Shown here in pieces: positions 40,307-51,600 of a DNA stretch of 64,000 bases (position 1 is the stretch's first letter; each line of letters opens with the position of its first letter). The stretch covers positions 186,001-250,000 of the forward strand of contig JASANG010001329.1 in NCBI GenBank assembly GCA_030248215.1, in the 5' to 3' direction. The position numbers and the translations under genes are program-made. Source of the DNA: Enoplolaimus lenunculus (taxonomy: Eukaryota). Under the pieces are notes generated by a model. That model made no database searches, was not told where the DNA came from, and worked only from the letters and a program-made list of their open reading frames with translations.

Positions 40307-41414
40307 TTAAATCAAATACTGATAATGGGCATGTATCCTGGTATCGTTGATACTTTACCAGTGAATGACACAAACCATTTCATTTTGACTGGTGATGAAA
40401 ACCGAAAAAAGCTTTCGCGTTACTATAGAGTTAAAGTAAACATTTCATTTCACTGGAGCATCTTGTCTGTCACACTTTTTTTGCAAAACATAGTGATTTT
40501 AGCATAAGAACACTCTTTAGGATTCGACCATGTTAGGTACTATCGTGCCCCCAATATTAATTTGCTTCCGGCGTCGCTGGTTCTGGATATTCAGTTTGTA
40601 TATTTGCTGTTATTATTTGTCATATAATTATGCTTCGAATAATACAGATTTAAACTAAAGAACATCTGCTTAAATATAGATTTTTTGCGCAAATCCTGAA
40701 AGGCATATACAATGGTGCAGGTTGTAGAGTACGCCGTGTTTATCACGCGGTGAAATATTTCTGTGACCGAATGACTGAGTTTCCGAAATCCTACTTACCT
40801 AAATATTTGCTTAAGTTATAGTTAAATATTTATATACCATAGTCGTCGACTTAACTAAATATTGAACTTTTTGAACAGGAAAAATATGTGCCAAATTTGA
40901 GTCATCGACATAAAAAGGGAGCAATATATTTGCGTTAAATGAGGAAGCACAATGAGTCTACAGTTTTAATTGGAAGCAAGTGTATATGACTGAACTGTCC
41001 GTCTGTTAGAAATTAGATTTGGTCATTGTAAAACATCAGATTTCGTCAGTGACCTAAGTATTAACTTTAATTAAGTACGCTTTTAGATACGAATTAATGG
41101 TTAAAGAATTGCTTACAACATACTAAACTGCGAATTCGTTCTGAAGTAAGGGTTTCAGAAACCCAGCGAATTTTATTAGCCAATTATGTTGCAATAATTG
41201 TAACGTCTTTGCGCATATATTAATAAGACTGTCCAGATAATGAGGTGAATGTTCTACAACGTAGAAACTGCAGGCGATTCTTTGAAAATTGTTTTTAATT
41301 TTTTTCATTTGTAGTGAAATAATATATAAAAATTAATGACTATCATTTTGGTTCAAAATGATTGTAATCATGTGCAAATGTTTGTATTATTTCCGGTGCT
41401 TATTCAATAGTTTG

Positions 41415-41791
41415 CAGGGTGTAACCGGATATGTTTCCGCTTTCGTTAAAATCGGTGTCCGTTTCCGTTATAAAAACGAGAATTATGTTATTTTTACGTT
41501 CAAAATAAGTTCTAAATCACGTATATATCTTGCAATTTTTTGTTATAGATGTGCTGCAATTTTTCAAAATGGATTAAAAATTACGAAACTCATCAAAATT
41601 TTAAAAAATTTCAATGCTTACGCCAGTTTTTCATTGAAATTTTGAAAGCCGGCGAATTTCGATTATGTTGGCGGAGTAATAAAACATTTTTGAAACATTT
41701 ATACTTCAATATTTGTTTTCGTTTCCGTTTTCGTTATTTTAATCACTATCCGTTTCCGTTTCCATTATTTTTGCTATCCGTTTACACCCTG
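41415..41791. mobile_element. hAT-type MITE (CAGGGTG ends)
   Basis: CAGGGTGTAACCGGATA / TATCCGTTTACACCCTG; perfect TSD ATAGTTTG. Confidence 0.85.
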
Positions 41792-42018
41792 ATAGTTTGT
41801 TTTTGCTGCTTTTATTTTTAATTGCTAAACAAAAGCGTTCGCCATGCATGATGGCCACATTCTGCAAAAATAAAAGGGACTTATGACCTGAAATTTCGGA
41901 TAAATTGTGAAATCATTTTCACTTAATAGACTTAGAAGCTGAAAAAGTTGTCTTTTGATAAGAGAGCTCATACACTTTGCTTTGAACAATTGCTCAAAAA
42001 CGAAATTTTGCTCAAGCG

Positions 42019-42169
42019 GGCAAAAGTACGTATAGAACAGGTCCGTAACATTAGTATAAGCATATTCCTAAGCCTAAAGCCTAAGCAAAAAATTCTTCTA
42101 AAACTTAAGCTTACTTACAATGTTGCAGTCCCGCAGAAAAAAGTTCCACCCATGATTTTTACATGGGGC
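42019..42169. mobile_element. Merlin-like MITE (family C)
   Basis: Homologous to 31950-32124; flanks CTCAAGCG / TTCAGGCG; internal CCTAAGCCTAAAGCCTAAGC. Confidence 0.65.
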
Positions 42170-43985
42170 TTCAGGCGCAACACATGATACGGATGCAAGG
42201 GGGATGGCACTAAATGTAGCACAACACTGCCGTAATTGCGTTTTGCACTTTGAGTTGAATTGAATTTGCATTTAAACTTCAATTAAGTCACAATGGTTTA
42301 TGCAATATCTGTGGTACGCGTATATATAAATGCGAGCGGCGTGTAAACATGGCATACGACAAATTCGTTTTTCGTTGTGAAAAGATACATAGCGAGTTGC
42401 AGAAACTAAATTCGTTCTCATGTAAAGGGTTAAAACAAAACGCTAAACCTATTAATAAAAAGAATTTTCGGTGAATTTCACATCTGACTATAAGGTTTAA
42501 CGTAAAATGACATCCAAATTCAGGCAGGAAACTACGAGACACCGTGAGCTGAAGTGGACTTATTTCAAAATCTAATTTTGACTTTTTCTCAAATATATAT
42601 GCACTGTGGTCGAACACATTCTTCAAGTTATATATGCTTCAGCCGAATTAAATTGTCAATCTGGCTGTGATGAAACTATTTTACTTGCAATTTAAAACAT
42701 TAATTTTGTTAATCTTTGTTTATCGTATACAATGTATTGTATTTCCTTGGCAAATATTTAGTAAATTTTAATTGAGCCGACTGACCTAGCGCAGAACTGC
42801 GGGAGAATTCCTTAATACCAAGGTTTAATGGATATCCGATTCCGATAAAAATCTGCGCCCGTTTCCGTCATAGAAAGCTGGTAATTTTTTGCTGTCTTAT
42901 GCGTCATGCACGTTATACTGTCTAACTTTACAGAAGGCATACATAGCTCGTCAGTTATGGCGGTATTCCCTTCGGAGGGAGTAGGGACAATGTGGATACT
43001 GGACACAGTGTCTGACAATAAAAGTTCCTTCGCACAGACTCTGTATAATTGCTTAACAGAGTCCCTTCGGACAGACGGTGTTTGTGTCATGCAATAAGCG
43101 AATGTCCTTCTGACAGACTGGGCAAAACAGCTGTGCTTTCTATAGCGTGTTGACAAAGTGGCTTCTGTATATGCCATAGTATGACGAAGTATACGCTGTT
43201 CACAGATACTCTCTGTTGTCAGCCGGGTGTACACATAGTGTGGGAGAGTTTTCGATATATAATTTATAAACGCTACAATTAGGAACTTAGGAACCCGCAT
43301 TTGGGTGCAATTTTTTACAGTGGCGTTAACAGTATAACGTGGATGACCCGTTAGCTGTCAAGCCCGTTGTCCTGCTGTTAGGCTTGCCTCATTTTTCAGC
43401 AAAACCTGAGCTTGCAGCAGAAGTGGTTTCCATTTTCTCCAAAAGCTATAGTTGTCCTACGACGCTCAGAGTTGGCCGATATTTTATCAAATATCAATTA
43501 CCGCAATCCGAACACGCCCAACACCAGGACGAAACCGGAAATACAAATCAACAGGTGACCGAGCCCGAGACGTGAAAAATACCAGCTACCGTAACATTCC
43601 TTGTAAACAAAAATAGACTTTTACTAGCAAATACTTATGCAAAATTTTTTGCTATTTCTTGCGTATATCAGGTTTACACTTTTAGCAGACGGAACACTAA
43701 TAGTGACCTCATTGATATATATGCAATACCAAACTGTCGTGATTTCTACCTTTGCATCGCATAATTTGAAAATCTGGCAGTGCCCAGGAAAAATATAAAA
43801 GATAGGTGAAAATATGCCAATTTTTTAAATCTTCAAACTAGAAAAACTTCCCATACCGAAAAATTGCGATGAAATATACAGCGTTTAATACCGGAACCGG
43901 ATAGTGAAAAATTTCGGATTTCCCAAACAAACCTGAATTGCAGTGCACCATGCCTGTGTTCTACCTATGCTTCATACACAGCAAG

Positions 43986-44386
43986 CAGGGTGCAACCGGA
44001 ATTATAAAATACCAGAACCGGAACCGGAAAATAAAAAATACTTGTTACCGAAAAACTTATTTTTAACGCTATTTTATCGGTTTTAATGCTGTAAACACAT
44101 CATTTAGAATGCCAAAATCTTGAACCAAATGCAGTAGTAAGGTGGAAACATATGATAAATTATGGAGTATGGCTCAAATGGAAATTTTGGCAATACACGC
44201 TTTAGACAGTCTCAATATATAAATAAGTCAGAATAATATGCAATTTTTCTTAAATTTTAGAATGAAAAGTTTTAAATACCAAAAATACCGGAAAATTCCG
44301 GTGAAAAATACCGGATTTATTACCGGAACCGGACAGTGAAAAATACTGAATTTTCTTACCGGAACCGGAATTCCAGTTTCACACTG
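43986..44386. mobile_element. hAT-type MITE (family D, ACCGGA subterminal repeats)
   Basis: CAGGGTGCAACCGGAATT / AATTCCAGTTTCACACTG; perfect TSD ACAGCAAG; relatives at ~10772 and ~51716-52147. Confidence 0.85.
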
Positions 44387-45391
44387 ACAGCAAGCTGTAA
44401 TTCGTACTCAGCACTGCTTCCGTTTAGGGAAACAAACCAGGGAACATTTATTTCTTTGAAAATTTTAGTATATCGTGACCACTTGACCTGGGAATTCCGG
44501 AAATATTTTTCAATTTTTGTCGAGATTTTGTATTATGAACATCCTAGCGAAAAAATGTCCGGGTCCCAGTATTTAAGGTCCGGCGTGATTTTAACTCCTC
44601 TACTACGAGACCACTATAAAGTCCCGTAGTCCCTAACGAGAACGTAGACATATTACACTGTGTTCATATAGCATCGCAAATATACATAACAACACAAACA
44701 CATTACACTTATTTTGCTTAATTTTTTAACTTTTCTCCCAACGGACAATAAATAGTGTCTACTTACCGCATGAAATTGCACCTACACGGTAGTTGCAGCT
44801 TCGATTTGTACACAGATCTCTACCGGATGGTTGCACAAATTTTTACATTAGCGCACGCATTAGGTGGATGGCCCATTAAGGGTCAACCCATGGATAAAAG
44901 TGAAATCTCTTAAGTTTAGAAAAACAATATCGTTCGCTTTGCCTGAACGAGTTGACTGCATATTTCAAGTTTCAGTCGTATATGCCCAGTTAGTTTGTGA
45001 TACGAGGGCTAGCTTTTCTTCCATGAGACCCTCGGATACCAAATCGAAGCAACTCTGCCTCGGAGTAGTCATGTATTTTCAGAATGTCGCACTGATTACG
45101 AATATATGAAAGTTTTCGTTATATTCGTTGATTTTTTCCTAAGCAGAAAGAGGGCCAAATACTTATCACTCGTAGAGTCTAAATAGGTAAACCAATGTAG
45201 TGCTTCTGCAGTGCTCTCCATTAAGTGCCTGTTTCGCTCATAAAACAGTAAATATATTGCCATTTTATTTGCACACAACGTATGATTACACTCTTTGTGT
45301 TAAGTCAAAACAAAACTAAGTTCTACTATAATCACTTTTCACTCCAACATTTCAGAAAATAGTGCGCGCATTGGAATGCATTTGGTACCCA

Positions 45392-45760
45392 TCACCAAAC
45401 TCCAAGTTTAGCACACAACTCTTCACTCAATTTCCACAGCTTATCTTGGTCCGTTTCGCACAACGCTTTCGAATCAGGGGCTTCTTCTCGGCAACACCTG
45501 TCAAAGTATTTACCACTGATGCTGTCTAAGGACGAATCTGTACATAACTTTACAGGGGCAACTATCCCGTCTTTCAAAGGTGCACCTGAATAACCCCCAA
45601 CAGCAAGAAGTTTAGTAGCAATCACACCGGGTTCGAGCATATTCACAGTGACACCAGTTACGTTTTGGTGAGACAAGTGTCTATGCAAGGCCAAGCCGAA
45701 CAGGACATTCTGTAGCTTAGTAATCGAATATTGAACATACTTTTCGTAGTTTTGTGTCGC
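45392..45760 (-). CDS. SDR exon 5 (YxxxK to stop)
   Basis: tttcag| ATQNYEKYVQYSITKLQN...LCAKLGVW*; AATAAA on the minus strand at 45264-45269. Confidence 0.9.
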   Translation of the reverse strand, partial: ATQNYEKYVQYSITKLQNVLFGLALHRHLSHQNVTGVTVNMLEPGVIATKLLAVGGYSGAPLKDGIVAPVKLCTDSSLDSISGKYFDRCCREEAPDSKALCETDQDKLWKLSEELCAKLGVW

Positions 45761-47845
45761 CTGAAAAACAACCAATTTCTAAATGTAACGCAATTCCCAC
45801 AACCACACCTACACTAACACGTTCGTGTCATTAAGTCTGCAAGAAATTGCCCAATTGAAACTTGTAAAATGTATTTAGCTACCTTATGCAATTTTTGCAC
45901 CATTTAAAGAAATTAGGTAATTAATGTATCAGATCCTTCTCCGGTAAGCAGGTCAGCCTGAAAATTTTGTTACTCGATTGCACATTACGGATAGGTTGCG
46001 TAACTAACCATCAGTTCATGTGCAATTGTAAGCTCAAGTTACCTTGCTTACAACAAGACTATACACAAACCAGAGTGGCACTTAACACTGTAGCAGTCCG
46101 ACATATCAGCTTAGCAAACCTAATCTTATACAGGCAAATAGAACCAAATTTATGAAACTCAATGGATTCCACTTTTCCATAACCGAATCCGAAGTTTCAA
46201 TTTTTGCCGAATCTGGTGAAGCCAAATCCGAATACTTTTCCAAAATCCAATCCGAAGCTTCAATTTTTGCCGAATCTGGTCAAACCAAATCCGAAGTTTT
46301 GCTGCCACCCTGATGCAAGCTTGTTTAAGACATGCAGCAAACGCATATAGAATGATTTATTGAAAGCTCACCTGTAAATCGTCAAATTTTATGGGATGCC
46401 AACTGTGACACAACGAGCTTACAATCACAATTCTAGATGGTGTATTCTGTTTAAGTGTTGCAAGAAGTTTGTTGACCAGAAGAAAATGAGCTAAATGGTT
46501 CACCTTAAATGAATGGTAAAATCATAATGAATATACGACGGCATCGATATAAAAGAAACACAAAAAATTCGCGAACAAATTTTCTGGTTGAATTGCATGG
46601 ACAAGGTTCTCTCAGCAAGCCCGGCCAATTTTGTCAATACAATCCAGCAAACTACATGGATAACAGGAATTTTCGCGTACGTTTACAGTGATTCTTCTTA
46701 GTCACAAGATAGTGCATGTTGAAAAATTAAACATTAATAATTTGAATAAAACCTATAATACCTGAAATGTCATTTCCAAACCATTCTTTGTAACAGTACG
46801 ATTTTTGATTAAAACTCCTGCATTGCAGCACAGCACATTCAGTTGAGGAAATTTGGTTTTGATATCATCCACCATGGAATTCACCTAAAATGTAATAATC
46901 AACAATACTATTATATACACTAATATGCACAAGTCTGTTGTAACGAAAAACAACATAAATAGTAAATGGTAAAAGAGGCGTATATTAAAGTTAAACACCA
47001 CAAGTATAACTACCTGTTCCATATCTGAAAAATCACCCGTAACTTGGCCAAGGTTGCTTCCATCTCCGTTTGTTCGTTGTAAAATATCCGCAACTGCTTC
47101 TTGGCAGCGTCCTAAAAATAGTTTTTTATACATATTTTCTCGTTAAATTAAAAAACAACCAATATTTTCGAAAAAACCAGGTTGGAAGATCGCTGTAACG
47201 CAGTCACACAGAAGGTGACAATGTGCAGGGCAGGGTGGCAACAGACGTTCACATTCGGCAAAAATTGGGGGAAATTTCCAAACTGATGTCAGGCACGAAA
47301 TATTTGCTGTTTGCTAAAAAGTAGACTTGTTAGCATAATAAATTTTAATAGTTTTGCAGAGCGCTAATGTTTGAAGAACTGTCAGTATCACCTTTTAAAA
47401 GTTATGCGACTGGCATTGCTTTGGTACGTATTCCAAAACAAATTAACAATACGCACATTAAAAATTTGCAAAATGCAACGTTCTGATCTAGATTCGGCAA
47501 ATTAGCAATGGATTCGGATTCGATCAAATCACGGATTGTACAAGGGTGAGAAAAAGGACGGATAGGGGATATATCTACAGACAGGCTGTAGAATGAGGTA
47601 CTAAGGCCAAACTTTTTCGCGCACGTTACTATCACTCGAAAAAAGTGTTAGACGTGGTTATCCAACCCCGAAATCAAATTGTAATCGCAAAAATTTTCAT
47701 TCACACAAACGTAGATACAAGCTTTACTTTCATTACGTCCATGAATTATAACAAAATTATCTTTCGCTCGTGATAGTTCCGCTGCGGTCTCTTTCCCAAT
47801 TCCGTCTGTAGAACCAGTGATGAGTATTGTACGCTTGTATCGCAT
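45392..47845 (-). CDS. Classical short-chain dehydrogenase/reductase (retinol-dehydrogenase-like; from memory resembles nematode DHS-1), 5 exons, 279 aa
   Basis: Minus-strand exons 47845-47728, 47111-47014, 46884-46762, 46503-46372, 45760-45392; GT-AG introns, consistent phases, 840 nt. Motifs TGSTDGIG (TGxxxGIG), HGRN, CNAG, VNHLAHFLL, RIVIVSS, catalytic YSITK (YxxxK), PGVIAT, SGKYF, LWKLSEEL. Confidence 0.92.
46372..46503 (-). CDS. SDR exon 4
   Basis: tttaag| VNHLAHFLLVNKLLATLKQNTPSRIVIVSSLCHSWHPIKFDDLQ |gtgagc. Confidence 0.9.
46762..46884 (-). CDS. SDR exon 3
   Basis: ttttag| VNSMVDDIKTKFPQLNVLCCNAGVLIKNRTVTKNGLEMTFQ |gtatta. Confidence 0.9.
47014..47111 (-). CDS. SDR exon 2
   Basis: ttttag| RRCQEAVADILQRTNGDGSNLGQVTGDFSDMEQ |gtagtt. 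Confidence 0.87.
47728..47845 (-). CDS. SDR exon 1
   Basis: MRYKRTILITGSTDGIGKETAAELSRAKDNFVIIHGRNE; donor A|GTAAAG, phase 1; in-frame stop upstream of the ATG. Confidence 0.85.
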
Positions 47846-48249
47846 AGCTGTTGAAGGCTCCCGTATGAAGCAAAATTATAGTAAGCGAAATTTCATTAAT
47901 AAACTTATGAAAAACCGCCGATCAATACACCTGCACCTGAAATCCTAAAATTGTTTATCTACCACCTCCCAAGTTTTTGGCATTTTTACCCAGTATCTTT
48001 AATTTTCTAACTTCAGAACGTTTTTAAATTCTAGTCGGTTCAATACGTTCAAATGTTCTAAAAACCATCCAATCTACAACAGTAATCAAAATTTTTTCGA
48101 CTAAATTAAGATTTCGGTAATACGGTTCAGTTTGTATAGATGACCGGAACGAAACACCGCTATATAAAACGGTTTACAATGAGATTACCCAACGACGCCT
48201 GCATTTGTAAACCTTGTAATATGGTGGGGCAATTGGTCTTGTGGTATCA

Positions 48250-48320
48250 CGGCCCAGTGGTGTAGTGGTTAGCAAGTTTGCGTTGCAAGCGGAAGGCCCG
48301 GCTTATCTCCGGCTGGTCGA
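48250..48320 (+). pseudogene. tRNA-Ala(TGC)-like sequence (pseudo-tRNA or SINE head)
   Basis: A box TGGTGTAGTGG; anticodon arm TTTGC-GTTGCAA-GCGGA; T arm CCGG-CTTATCT-CCGG with degenerate B box; imperfect acceptor stem. Confidence 0.6.
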
Positions 48321-50339
48321 ATATTACATCGCCAATTGCACAGTACCATATTGCGTCCACTCTTGCGTCTACGTTGGGGGATAGGTAGCCTGTGTTATAG
48401 TGACACACGACTCGGTAGACAAAGGGTGCGGCCGGATATCCGGCTTGGGTATCTAAACTTTCCAGATGTTTTTAAAACTACAAAAAATTGAAACCATCAT
48501 CTGTATGTATGCCTACTACCATGGAATTGATTGACAGTCTGTGGCCGGACCACTTTTAGAAAGCCGGGAACGGATATTTTCTGATGTCATATCGCAAGCA
48601 AGCAAATCACCTATAGTATCAGTGGTTCGTGTGAAATACGTATATATGTGGGTTCCGGCAAAGCTGAAGCTGGGCCGATCGGTAGTAAATCCGGGTCCAA
48701 AAAGAAATCGACGTAGACTTCCCCTAGATTCGCTACGGCTCAATCGACGGGGCACGATGTAAAGCTCTACTTCCGGATCCGGTGCACAAGAGCACAGAAT
48801 GCATATACTTTGCAATTTGCATTGCTAAGGGGAATGACTGTGAGCGGCCCCTGCCGCTGTTCCCTCCTCGGTCGTTATAGAAAATCAACTAAGACATATG
48901 TCAGAACCGTCCGGCTACGTCATTTACCGTTATGACATAAATGACATTCGTTGTCCGGACTTGTTAATTGCTCTCTGGAATCAATTACGATATTCCTGGA
49001 GGAAAAACTGGGTTTCCTCTTAAAGAGGAAAATCTGAATTTAACCATTAATAAAAGAGAAATTATTCAGTTATCACCGATTTTATGAACAACTGAGGAAA
49101 ATATTAAAAACCAGAAAAACTGGTTTTTGAAGTTTGTTTAAACAGTTTCTTATATCTTGCATTCAGTTATATCGTAAATTAGTTGCAGAATGCGGCAAAT
49201 TTCGGAAATTATTTTGTTCTCTTAAGAGATTCGATTTTGAATGCGTTTTCGTGAATTCTAACAGCAACTTCGTCTCCGTTTAATTCTAAGTTAGCTTTAC
49301 GGTTTAAGTGCTCTTATATTGTTTTGCATTTCGTATTCTTGTGTTTACTTGTTCTTGAATTCAATATTGCTTCAGTATTCATTACGTTACCGAATTCTTA
49401 ATAAAACTGTTGAACCGTCTTCACTCATTGACGCGAGTTCAACGAACTTAATCGTAATCAATCACAGATCGTACCTACATACTAAGACCAGAAAGGGATG
49501 AACTCGCCTGGACCTCTAGTCCTCACACCCTACCCCCGAATATTTTAGTTTCTAAATAAGTACAAGAATTTCAGCCTGTGTCCCAGTACGATTCCAAGCC
49601 GTGCAACAGTCTTTCCGCGGAAATAAATGCAAGAATGAAATCAGACTAACGCTGTGAAAACACACAACTTGTTGCAAAACAAAAACAAAACTAACGATAT
49701 CAAAACGCAAACAAAACAAAACTAACGATATCAAAATGCAAACAAGCCAACATAATATTCAACGTAAAATATAAGAAAAGGAACCAGGAAAACATAATCA
49801 AACTTCGGATTTCATTCCCAAATAAACAGAAAATTGTCCGAAATACATCTATTTTCTCAGTTCGTAGGGCGTGCCCTTGGTAACCGAAATGAAATGGCAG
49901 CAAGCGAGGCGTAGATTTAACCCTGACTACACATCATTTAGATAAATCCTGCATATTTTGGATAACCGCTGAAAAACCGTCGATCCATGATATTTATATC
50001 AATAAAATTTATAATTCAATAATAAAACTCTATACAATTTTTAAAAACTAGCTAAGTAAATATTCGAATCTAGTCACCGTATGATTCTATTAAATTTCAA
50101 TGAAAATTTATATAAAGCGCTGAGCTGCAAATATCCATTTTTAGTAGATAATTCAGAAACGTTTTTAATCACTGTTGCCGTACTTGAAAAAAGCTCCAAA
50201 GCGAATTGGGCAAGAAAACTGAAGACTATTTTTCCGTACGAAATGCCAAAATTTTTTCAGTTTGTCGAAAAATGGTTGGATTCACATATTTAGTAGATGA
50301 TTCATGAACGTTTTCAATCTCTATTGCCAGTAGTTGAAG

Positions 50340-51600
50340 AAAACTTGGAAAACGGAATGAGAAATAAAACTGACCTCTGGTTGGGAAGCAACACTTTGGT
50401 TGGTTTTTAGCCTGGAACATTGCGATGTGTTATTCGAATCGAAAACCGACAAAGGTGGAAAAGTGAAAAATTCCTGCGTAGGGCATAGGTTTTGGTTGGA
50501 AAACGGTAAAAGCGGAAAATTTTAATGCCTAGATTTTACCCTCGTTGTAGGGAAAATGTGAAGCATAGGTTTTGGTTGCAAAACGGGAAAATTTAAATGA
50601 ATAGATTTTTCCTTGTTTGGTATTAAGAAATGTCTGAAGCATAGGTTTTGGTTGGAAAACGGGAAAAGTGGAAAATTTTAATGCCAGGTTGCTAAGAAAT
50701 ATGTCAAGCATAGGTTTTGCACACAAAAAAGTATTTCTGAATTTATCCAGAATAGTATTTTCTGTGGCTCATCTGAAAAGATTTTCTGATATTTATGACA
50801 ATTTTTCTAAAAATATCAGGAAAAGGTTTATTTTTAGACTTTATTTAAAAACATTTTTGAAACTTTTCTGTTTATAACAGAAAGTGCACCCTGCTAATCA
50901 TATTTCTTAAATGTAAGAAATATTTTCTTGAATTCAGAAATATTATTTTAAGTGTGGTTGGAAAAAGGAAAAAGTGGATATTACCCTGGATTGGTAGAAA
51001 GAATCTGAAGCACAGGATTTCGTTGGAAAACCGGAAAAGTGGAAAATTTTAATGCCTAGATTTTCCCTTGGTTGGTAAGAAATATCTGAAGCATAGGTTT
51101 TGGTTGGAAAACGGGAAAAGTTAAACGCTTAGATATACCCTGGGTTGGTAGGGAAAATGTAAAGCACAGGTTTTGTTTGGATAACGGGAAAATTGGAAAA
51201 TTAAAATGCCTTGATTTCTCTTAAAGCTTTTAAAATTTCCAAATTTCCCGTTTTCCAAACAAGCTTTGCACTGCAAATTTTCCTACCAAAACAAGGGAAA
51301 ATCTAGGCGTTTAAAATTTTCCACTTTTCCCGTTTTTCAACCAAAACCTATGCTTCTTTTTTTTCCTTACCAACCTAGGAATTATCTAAACTTTTAAAAT
51401 TTCCACTTTTCCCGTTTTCCATACAAACTTTACACAACAGATTTTCCGTACCGAACCAGGGAATAACCAGGCTTGTGAATTTTCCACTTTTCCCCAGCAA
51501 AACCTCTGCCTGCAATTTTTCCTACCAAACTAGTGGAAAATCAGGCCGTCATGCAGGAGCGGCTGCGCTGCAGTCCTGGTCGAAAGTTTTCCATCTGGAA
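50340..51600. repeat. Foldback-like array of ~80-bp units (direct, then inverted)
   Basis: GAAGCATAGGTTTTGGTTGGAAAACGGGAAAAGTGGAAAATT units to ~51210, reverse-complement units 51230-51545; interrupted by a CAC..GTG insert at ~50720-50953; shorter relative at ~56985-57515. Confidence 0.8.

Larger units (their letters stand above)
39478..40579. mobile_element. hAT-type non-autonomous element hosting two piggyBac-type MITEs
   Basis: Ends CATAGGCGCCGGGAGC / GCTTCCGGCGTCGCTG; perfect 8-bp TSD GTTCTGGA (39470-39477, 40580-40587). Confidence 0.8.

Noticed and set aside
42812..43300. 162-aa minus-strand ORF
   Set aside because: No recognisable domain or splice context. It lies next to a CACTGTAAAAA-type terminus (~43322) and has internal repeated motifs, so it is probably transposon interior.
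48250..48320. Functional tRNA-Ala gene
   Set aside because: The T-loop lacks TTCRA, and the D and acceptor stems are mismatched; kept only as a pseudo-tRNA or SINE head.
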